This document shows positions 6,815 through 13,484 of a DNA stretch of 13,484 nt, one piece after another. Position numbers and translations under genes: made by a program. The stretch's first letter is position 1. Each line of letters starts with the position of its first letter. The DNA lies in NCBI GenBank assembly GCA_039586795.1, contig JBDHJS010000088.1, positions 1-13,484 on the forward strand. Direction: 5' to 3'. Source of the stretch: Gemmatimonadota bacterium. GTDB lineage: Bacteria; Gemmatimonadota; Gemmatimonadetes; Palauibacterales; KS3-K002. Under the pieces are notes generated by a model. That model was not told the DNA's origin and did no database searches. It worked only from the letters and a program-made list of their open reading frames with translations.

Positions 6815-7845
6815 GACTTGACCCGTAAGAAAGTGATCTCGGTGTAGCCGTTCCGGGAAACACGAATTCCATCGACAGGCACCACCTGCAATGAGAGCCC
6901 CGGATCCCCTTCCATGTCTTCCGGCGACGGCGGGACCCGAGAGTTCTTGGCCGCGATCATTCCATCGATCAGTCCGTACAGCCACAGCGCGCCCGCCACA
7001 GCTGCACCGACCACGACGTAGTTCGTCTCGTTGATCGTGGCGTTCACGTCCACGGGATAGCTACAGGACGTCTCGCTACAACTAGGTGGGCCCGTGGCAG
7101 TGAAGGCCACGTCGGACGTATCCTCCGACGTCAGCAGCACGCCCACACCAATCGCCGCTGCCGAGCCGACCAGAATTGCGATGCCCTTGGCCGTGTTGCC
7201 CACGTACAGCTCCCCGCCGCCCGGGATGATCCCCAGCGCCGCCGCGGTGCCCACGCTCTTACCCGCGATGAGCGAATCCGGCGGCTCCTCCACCCCCGGA
7301 TCATCGACCGCCACCGGCCGCGTCACGCTGACGTCGACGGTGCCCTCCGGCCCTTCCTCGCTCCGCGCGATGACGCGGGTTTCGCCGATGCCCTTCGCCG
7401 CGATCGTACCATCGGCCGACACCTTGGCGATGCTGGTATCCTGCACGCTCCACTCGAACGCGATATCCGGGATCTGCGTGCTGTCCGGCCCCAACGCCTG
7501 AGCTTGCAGGACCACCGTATCCCCGATCGTCAGGTCGAGCTCGGCCGGCGTGATCATGACCCAAGTGACCGGAAGCTCGACGCAGGCCTCGCTCAGCCCG
7601 TTGAGCAGGTCCACCGAGGCACCCGCCGACAGCAGCGTTCGTACAGGCTCACCCTGCACACGAAACGCGATGCAGTTCTCCTGCGCCAACGCGATGATAC
7701 GGTCGTCCGAGAAGACGCCCGACTCCAGCAGTCGGACGATTTGGTCCAGCGTGTAGGGCTGCACGTCTTGGCCATTAGCCCGCGCCGGCCAAGCGCAACT
7801 GATGAAGACACAGAGGAGGGAGATGAGGTAGATGGCCCGTCGCAT
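6811..7845 (-). CDS. Secreted protein: N-terminal helical domain, Ig-like Big_2 domain, and TM2/DUF5683-like hydrophobic hairpin region
   Basis: Signal peptide MRRAIYLISLLCVFISCAWPARA. Big_2 signature ITPAELDLTIGDTVVLQA...FEWSVQDTSIAKVSADGTIAAKGIGETRVIA. Motif KSVGTAAALGIIPGGGELYVG followed by two hydrophobic helices ending LWLYGLIDG. An alternative start is GTG at 7899. Confidence 0.8.
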   Translation of the reverse strand: MRRAIYLISLLCVFISCAWPARANGQDVQPYTLDQIVRLLESGVFSDDRIIALAQENCIAFRVQGEPVRTLLSAGASVDLLNGLSEACVELPVTWVMITPAELDLTIGDTVVLQAQALGPDSTQIPDIAFEWSVQDTSIAKVSADGTIAAKGIGETRVIARSEEGPEGTVDVSVTRPVAVDDPGVEEPPDSLIAGKSVGTAAALGIIPGGGELYVGNTAKGIAILVGSAAAIGVGVLLTSEDTSDVAFTATGPPSCSETSCSYPVDVNATINETNYVVVGAAVAGALWLYGLIDGMIAAKNSRVPPSPEDMEGDPGLSLQVVPVDGIRVSRNGYTEITFLRVKS

Positions 7846-7902
7846 CACGTCGGTTGACGGGTTACCGATTGGGTCGCGCAGTCCGTTCTCTAACCGCACA
7901 GG

Positions 7903-9780
7903 TTATGGGCAGCGGGTTTGATCGTCACGGCGACAGAATTCCTTCGCCTTGTCTATCTTCTCACGGACGCTAGTCAGCATCGCTTCGAGTGTGTCGGTGT
8001 TCCGATAGTCGATGATCGCATCGGTGGCCAGGCGCTCGATCTGTCTATAGAGTTCGGCCGCATCATAGTAGCGATACGTCGTGAAGAGCAGGACATCGCC
8101 CTGCTGCATCAGGCTGTCCAACCGGGCGAGTAGGTCCGCCGGCACAAGCGGCCGGCTGTCCACGACGCGCTCCGGTGTCGACCGCGGCGCTGGAACTTCT
8201 TCGAGCATCACCTCGAGTATCGCGTTCTCACCAGCCTCAATGTCTACATCGCGCGTGAATGTGTTGAAGCCTGCGGCGCTGATACTAATCGTCTGAGCGC
8301 CGGGCGTCACATCGAACTCCCGGTTGTCGCCGATCAGTTCGTCGATGCCCGCGCCCGCGATCTCCAAACGCGCTCCCTGCGGCAGGTCCCCAGTAATGGT
8401 CAGCCGACCGGTTTCGGGTATGGCCGCTGCCCCATTGACGCCGGGGGCGAGGACTTCCCCGCCGGGCTCTGCCGGGTTGAGCGCTTCGCCGCTTTCCCCA
8501 TCAGACGTCAATTCGGTCGCAACCCCCGCGCCGAACCTATCGCGCCACGAACCTTCGAAGCCGACGCCCTGCGTGATCGCATAGACGGCGCCGACGGAGA
8601 TCGCAACGACGGCGACGGCCAGCGCGCCCATCGCGTAACGATGGAAGCGACCCCCCGAAGCTTCCGGGCGATCCCGTTCTCGTCCGTTGGCGATCGCCAA
8701 CTTCTCCGTCGTCGGCGGATCACTGGACCGCCGAAACGGATGCTCGCCCGGCTGCGGCGTGTTGACTCGACGATCGCCCTTCTCGTCCAGCCACGGTACG
8801 TACACCGGTGGACCCTTCCCTTCGACGGCGAGCCGGAAATCCTCCATCGAGTCGAAACGGTCCGACGGATCCTTCGACAGGGCCTTGTGAATTGCGTCCC
8901 GAAGTGGCAGCGGTGTTTCCGGCCTCACCGCGTTGAGCGGTCGCGGCGGCGTGAACAGATGATGGTAGAGCAGCTCCTTCATCGAGTCGGAGACGAACAC
9001 CGGCTGCCCGGTCAACAACTGATAGCCGACGGCGGCAAGCGAGTACTGATCCGCACGACCGTCCACCATACGGCCCTCGCACTGCTCCGGCGCCATGTAC
9101 TGCGGCGTCCCGATCACCGCGCCCGTCTCAGTGAGGTGCGTGCTTCCCACCAGCGCCTTGGCGATTCCGAAGTCCGTCAGGTGAACGTGACCTTCCGCAT
9201 CGATCAGGATATTGGCGGGTTTGACGTCGCGGTGAATCACGCCGCGCTTGTGCGCGTAGCCCAGACCGGCCGCCGCCTCCAGCAGAGTCCGCTCCACTTC
9301 CTGGAGCGACGGAATCCGGTTCGGCCCCATTTCTGCCAACGAACGCCCGGGCACGAAGTGCATCGTGTAGAAGGCTAGGTTCTGGCTGTGATGGACACGA
9401 TAGACCGGTATGATGTTCGGATGATGGAGCTTCGCCACCATCCGCGCCTCGCGCTTGAAGCGCTCGATCAGCCCCTCGTCGAACATCAGGTTGGGAGGCA
9501 GTACCTTGATGGCGACCAGGCGATCCAGCCCGACTTCCCGTGCCAAGAACACCGAGCCCATGCCCCCGCGGCCCAGTTCGTGGTGCACCTCGTATTCCCC
9601 GGTGGTCGCCATCTGAAGCGCCTGGCGCAGGTCGGTGGGGAATCCGTTGGCGTAGCGAGCCCCGGCCAGCCCGGGTATGGGCGTGCCGCACTCCCCGCAG
9701 AACTTGCTACCTACGGGTAGCGGAGTGGAGCAGCGGTCACATACCACGTTGTCCATCTGAGCTGACGGGTGCTCGATCAC
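7903..9780 (-). CDS. Membrane-anchored Hanks-type Ser/Thr protein kinase with N-terminal zinc ribbon, PEGA-like domain and C-terminal helical domain
   Basis: Zinc ribbon CDRC...KFCGECG. All catalytic motifs are intact: LGRGGMGSV, VAIK, RFKREA, HRDVKPAN, TDFG, GTPQYMAPE, DQYSL. TM segment ALAVAVVAISVGAVYAI; PEGA-like GRLTITGDLPQGARLEI...VTPGAQTISISAAGF. Start is GTG 9780 (after AGAAGG) or ATG 9756. Confidence 0.93.
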   Translation of the reverse strand: MIEHPSAQMDNVVCDRCSTPLPVGSKFCGECGTPIPGLAGARYANGFPTDLRQALQMATTGEYEVHHELGRGGMGSVFLAREVGLDRLVAIKVLPPNLMFDEGLIERFKREARMVAKLHHPNIIPVYRVHHSQNLAFYTMHFVPGRSLAEMGPNRIPSLQEVERTLLEAAAGLGYAHKRGVIHRDVKPANILIDAEGHVHLTDFGIAKALVGSTHLTETGAVIGTPQYMAPEQCEGRMVDGRADQYSLAAVGYQLLTGQPVFVSDSMKELLYHHLFTPPRPLNAVRPETPLPLRDAIHKALSKDPSDRFDSMEDFRLAVEGKGPPVYVPWLDEKGDRRVNTPQPGEHPFRRSSDPPTTEKLAIANGRERDRPEASGGRFHRYAMGALAVAVVAISVGAVYAITQGVGFEGSWRDRFGAGVATELTSDGESGEALNPAEPGGEVLAPGVNGAAAIPETGRLTITGDLPQGARLEIAGAGIDELIGDNREFDVTPGAQTISISAAGFNTFTRDVDIEAGENAILEVMLEEVPAPRSTPERVVDSRPLVPADLLARLDSLMQQGDVLLFTTYRYYDAAELYRQIERLATDAIIDYRNTDTLEAMLTSVREKIDKAKEFCRRDDQTRCP

Positions 9781-9884
9781 TACCTTCTCTTTTCCGGTTA
9801 GGGCACGGAAGCTACTGCCGGAGTGAGACTTAGACAATATGAGTCCATCGGGTCTCACTCACAGACCGGTCAGGGAACATTAGT

Positions 9885-9916
9885 TTGACGGGGTTGATTG
9901 GGACAATAGTATAACA
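9885..9916. promoter_or_regulatory. Candidate overlapping divergent promoters
   Basis: Plus strand: TTGACG (9885-9890), 16 nt, TAGTAT (9907-9912). Minus strand: extended -10 TG-T-TATACT (9916-9908). Both lie in an AT-rich patch of the divergent intergenic region. Confidence 0.45.
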
Positions 9917-10060
9917 GGGAAACGGCCGTTTGCGCCAGAACCCGCACGCTTGAAAGGTAAAACACGAAACGGCTGGCTCCTCGAGGGGTACCCGCATATC
10001 TTGTTGGACGCTAGAGACCCGCTCGAGCTGGACTTTTACCCGGATACCTGAAGCAGCGAA

Positions 10061-12190
10061 ATGGCGACACGCACCAAGCCTGCCGGCAACAAAGACCGTT
10101 ACATGGGGCTGGACCCGGAGCAGCTGATCGGGTTCTACCGCACCATCTACCTGTCGCGCCGACTTGACGACCGGGAGATGCAGCTCAAGCGGCAGAACCG
10201 AATCTTCTTCCAGATCAGCGGCGCCGGGCACGAGGCGATCGGCGTCGCCGCCGGGACGGCACTCAAAACCGGCTACGATTGGTTCTATACTTACTATCGC
10301 GACCGGGCGCTCTGCCTCCAGCTGGGCGTCACACCTTACGAGATGTTGTTGGAGGGCGTCGGGGCCGAGGAGGATCCCGCATCCGGCGGCCGTCAGATGC
10401 CGAGCCACTGGGGGCACAAGGAATTCAACATCGTTACGTCCTCCAGCCCGACCGGCTCCCAGTTCCTGAACAGCGTCGGCTGCGCCGAAGCGGGTCATCG
10501 CTTCCAACTCATCGAAGCGCTCAAGGACCGAACGGACCTCTTCACGGATGACGAAGTCGTCCTGGTCACCTCCGGCGATGGCACCACCAGTCAGGGCGAG
10601 TTCTGGGAGGCGATCAACACGGCGGCGACGCTCAAGCTGCCGGTCATCTTCCTGATCGAGGACAACAAGTACGCCATCTCGGTGCCGATCGAGGTGCAGA
10701 CGCCAGGCGGCAGCATCTCGAAGTGCATGAGCGGCATTCCCGGGCTGTACATCGAGGAAGTCGACGGCTGCGACCCCATTGCGAGCTACGACGTCATGTC
10801 GCGCGCCGTCGACTACTGTCGGGCCCGCAAAGGGCCGGCGCTGATCCATGCGCACGTTATCCGGCCGTACTCACACTCGATGTCCGACGACGAGCGCCTC
10901 TATCGTTCGCCGGAGGAGCGAGAGGAAGAAGCGAAGCGTGATCCGCTCACGACGTTCGCCCAGTTCCTCGTCGACGAATCGATCCTTTCCGACAAAGAGC
11001 TCGAGAAGCTGAAGGACGGGGTGGACGCCGAGATCGAGGAAGCGACGGATCGCGCCTTAGAGGCGCCACAGCCTCCACCCGAATCGGCGATGCTCTACGT
11101 CTACTCACCGGATGTCGACCCGACGACCGACGAGTTTGCGACGGAACCGGAGTTCGGCGACACCGACCCGACGACGATGGTCGATCTGTTGAACGCCTGC
11201 ATGCGCGATGAGATGGAGCGCAACCCGGCGATCCTCGTATTCGGCGAAGACGTCGCCGACGCCAGCCGCGAAGATGCGCTGGACGAGGTCAAAGGCAAAG
11301 GCGGCGTGTTCAAGGTCACCTGGGGCCTGCAAAAGAGATTCGGTTCCGCGCGCGTTTACAATTCGCCGTTGGCGGAAGCGAACATCGTCGGCCGCGCCGT
11401 CGGCCTCGCGCAGCGCGGACTGAAGCCGGTGGTCGAGATCCAGTTCTTCGACTACATCTGGACCGCCATGATGCAGCTGCGCGATGAGGTGCCCCTCATC
11501 CGCTGGCGCTCCAACAACGCTTTCAGCTGCCCGATGGTCGTACGCGTGACCTACGGCGGCTACCTAAAGGGCGGAGCGATCTACCACTCGCAGACCGGCG
11601 CCAGCATCTTCACGCACACGCCCGGCATGCGAGTGGTCTGCCCGGCGACCGCCGAAGATGCCAATGGGCTGCTCCGCACGGCGATCCGCTGCGACGACCC
11701 TGTACTGTTCCTCGAGCACAAGCACCTCTACCGCCAGACCTACAACAAAGGCCGCTATCCCGGACCCGAGTATATGATCCCGTTCGGCCGCGGCCGGCTC
11801 GTTCGAGAAGGTTCGGATCTCACCATCATCACCTATGGCGCCACCGTCGAGCGCTCGTTCCGCGCCGTCAAGGCGGCGGCAGAGGAATCTGGAATCGAAG
11901 CCGAGGTCATCGACCTGCGCACGCTCAGCCCGTTCGACATGGAGATGATCGCCGAGTCGGTCAAGAAGACCAACAAAGTGATCGTCGTCTACGAGGACTC
12001 GCTGTCGTGGGGTTACGGTGCCGAGATCGCCGCCCGCATCGCCGACGAGCTCTTCGAATGGCTGGACGGCCCGGTGAAGCGCGTCGCCGCAACGGACACC
12101 TTCGTCGCCTACGCTCCGGACGTCGAGGATTACATCTTGCCGCAGGTGGAGGATGTGAAGGCGGCGATTGTCGAGTTGGCGGGCTACTGA
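10061..12190 (+). CDS. 2-oxoacid dehydrogenase E1, fused alpha-beta subunit (probably branched-chain 2-oxoacid dehydrogenase type)
   Basis: Alpha domain: [16 protein letters not shown], the ThDP motif [15 protein letters not shown]...IEDN, and HSMSD. Beta domain: [33 protein letters not shown] and IDLRTLSP. Substrate specificity is inferred. Confidence 0.95.
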   Translation: MATRTKPAGNKDRYMGLDPEQLIGFYRTIYLSRRLDDREMQLKRQNRIFFQISGAGHEAIGVAAGTALKTGYDWFYTYYRDRALCLQLGVTPYEMLLEGVGAEEDPASGGRQMPSHWGHKEFNIVTSSSPTGSQFLNSVGCAEAGHRFQLIEALKDRTDLFTDDEVVLVTSGDGTTSQGEFWEAINTAATLKLPVIFLIEDNKYAISVPIEVQTPGGSISKCMSGIPGLYIEEVDGCDPIASYDVMSRAVDYCRARKGPALIHAHVIRPYSHSMSDDERLYRSPEEREEEAKRDPLTTFAQFLVDESILSDKELEKLKDGVDAEIEEATDRALEAPQPPPESAMLYVYSPDVDPTTDEFATEPEFGDTDPTTMVDLLNACMRDEMERNPAILVFGEDVADASREDALDEVKGKGGVFKVTWGLQKRFGSARVYNSPLAEANIVGRAVGLAQRGLKPVVEIQFFDYIWTAMMQLRDEVPLIRWRSNNAFSCPMVVRVTYGGYLKGGAIYHSQTGASIFTHTPGMRVVCPATAEDANGLLRTAIRCDDPVLFLEHKHLYRQTYNKGRYPGPEYMIPFGRGRLVREGSDLTIITYGATVERSFRAVKAAAEESGIEAEVIDLRTLSPFDMEMIAESVKKTNKVIVVYEDSLSWGYGAEIAARIADELFEWLDGPVKRVAATDTFVAYAPDVEDYILPQVEDVKAAIVELAGY

Positions 12191-12193
12191 CTG

Positions 12194-12263
12194 CGGTAAG
12201 GGGTGAGGGGTAAGGGGTGACCATCTTAGCCACTCCTTACCCCTTACTCCTTACCTCTTACCG
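12194..12263. repeat. Inverted array of 7-nt tandem repeats (GGTAAGG-like) forming a 25-bp hairpin between convergent genes
   Basis: Left arm is GGTAAGG GGTGAGG GGTAAGG GGTG (12195-12219), then an 11-nt loop. Right arm is CAC TCCTTAC CCCTTAC TCCTTAC CTCTTAC (from 12231). Confidence 0.9.
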
Positions 12264-13484
12264 ATTACGATACTCCTCCCAGCTCCGCCGCGGCTGCCGA
12301 CACTGCGGCCACGTCATCTGCTCACCGGTCCGCTGACTCACCGGCAGCACCCGCTGCTCCCGGGGCATCAACTCCGGGTCCTCTGAGGCCAGGTAGGTCA
12401 GCATCGCGAACAGCGTCGCGTTGTTCTTCAGATCGTCGGCCACGATCTTGTCGAACGTGTCACGGTTCGTATGCCACGTGTAGGGGAAGTAGCTCCAGTT
12501 GTGGGCGCCCAGGAAGAACGACGGCGCGCCGGCGCAGACGAACGCCGCGTAGTCGCTGCCACCGCCGCCCGGCGTTCCCGGTATCTGCAGGTCGATGTGC
12601 TGCGTGATCTCCGGCGGAACCTGTGCCAGCCAACTGGAGAAGAAGTTGCCCGCCTCCAACAGACCCTGCATCGAGATCCGCACGATGCGACCGGTGCCAT
12701 TGTCCTGGTTGAACAGCGCCTGAAGACCTTCTGTGACCTCGGGGTGATCGGCGGCGAACGCCCGGGATCCGATCAACCCTTGCTCCTCGGCGTTCCAGTG
12801 GCCAGCGATGATCGTACGCTTCGGGTTCGGATACGCTTCCTTGATGATCCGCATCGCCTCGAGGATCGTGATCGTGCCCGTCCCGTTATCAGTCGTGCCC
12901 GAGCCGCCGTCCCACGAATCGAAGTGAGCGGACAGCACCACGTACTCGTCCGGCTTCTCGCTGCCGCGGATCTCCGCGATCGTGTTGAAGACCGGGACCT
13001 CGCCCTTGAAATCTGCCTTCGCCTCGACTTCCAGCACCGGGTCCTGCCCGTTCTCGGCCAGCCGGAAGACCAGGCCATAGTCCTCGCAGCTGAGGATCAA
13101 GGTCGGGATCTCCTCGGTTCGCGCGCTGAACACACGATACGTGCCCCATCCCAACGACCGTCCGCCAGTCACGATGCCCGCAGCGCCGGCGTCCTCGATC
13201 GCGCCGACCAGCCCGCTGAACGAGAGACCCGTCGCTTCTGAGCGTGCGCCCCACGCCTCACGCGCCGCATCGCGTTCCGCCTGCATCGCTTCGAACGACG
13301 CCTCGGTCGCGTTCTCTTGCCAGTTGCCGTCCGGTCGACAGGTCGGCTCCGGGAACGACATCAGCACGTACTTGCCTTTGGCCTGCGGCAGCCAGGCGAC
13401 AAAGGATGCCGAGTCCGCTACATCCGGCATGATCGCCACGCCCGCCTTCTTCTTCTTCGTTCCGGGACTCCAGGCGAGCATCGT
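12258..13484 (-). CDS. M28-family metallopeptidase (carboxypeptidase Q-like), 5' end outside the window
   Basis: Zinc-ligand motifs SAHFDSW, DNGTG, AEEQGLIGS, NQD, GSDY and YTWHTNRD, with a PA-like region upstream. The frame is open to the window edge. Confidence 0.92.
   Translation of the reverse strand, partial: TMLAWSPGTKKKKAGVAIMPDVADSASFVAWLPQAKGKYVLMSFPEPTCRPDGNWQENATEASFEAMQAERDAAREAWGARSEATGLSFSGLVGAIEDAGAAGIVTGGRSLGWGTYRVFSARTEEIPTLILSCEDYGLVFRLAENGQDPVLEVEAKADFKGEVPVFNTIAEIRGSEKPDEYVVLSAHFDSWDGGSGTTDNGTGTITILEAMRIIKEAYPNPKRTIIAGHWNAEEQGLIGSRAFAADHPEVTEGLQALFNQDNGTGRIVRISMQGLLEAGNFFSSWLAQVPPEITQHIDLQIPGTPGGGGSDYAAFVCAGAPSFFLGAHNWSYFPYTWHTNRDTFDKIVADDLKNNATLFAMLTYLASEDPELMPREQRVLPVSQRTGEQMTWPQCRQPRRSWEEYRNR

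Noticed and set aside
5187..6821. 544-aa plus-strand ORF crossing the frameshift
   Set aside because: Antisense to the lipoprotein. Its composition switches from Arg/His-rich to Ser/Thr-rich near 6280, which supports the frameshift in the real gene rather than a separate protein.
6815..6985. N-terminal extension of track ORF 6203..6985
   Set aside because: Overlaps the upstream gene's coding end. The signal peptide and GTGA coupling place the start at 6814.
8641..9378. 245-aa plus-strand ORF, and similarly 1548..2129 and 12471..13241
   Set aside because: Antisense to genes with strong family motifs (kinase, DUF2490-like, M28) and with no independent support.
9830..10855. 341-aa minus-strand ORF
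   Set aside because: Antisense shadow of the well-supported E1 gene with no recognisable motifs; long antisense ORFs are expected in GC-rich DNA.
12194..12263. CRISPR array
   Set aside because: Units are 7 nt and tandem, with no spacers and no cas genes.

Overview
GC-rich bacterial chromosomal window. The gene content is suggestive of Gemmatimonadota or a similar diderm lineage, but that is inference only. From left to right on the minus strand lie a partial secreted amidohydrolase and two outer-membrane beta-barrel genes (PorT-like and DUF2490-like). A free-standing tRNA-Ala(TGC) with a clear sigma70 promoter follows, running directly into an S41 peptidase and a DUF2231-like membrane protein. 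Next comes a tightly packed four-gene minus-strand operon: a Zn-ribbon/Hanks Ser/Thr kinase/TM/PEGA receptor, a secreted Ig-like (Big_2) protein with a hydrophobic hairpin, a large five-repeat Ig-like lipoprotein broken by a frameshift near 6278, and a small Zn-ribbon membrane protein. A divergent fused 2-oxoacid dehydrogenase E1 alpha-beta gene, a heptamer-repeat hairpin and a partial M28 peptidase close the window. The best candidate for an undescribed system is the kinase/Ig-like surface-protein operon (4266-9780). No integrase, transposase or CRISPR array was seen.
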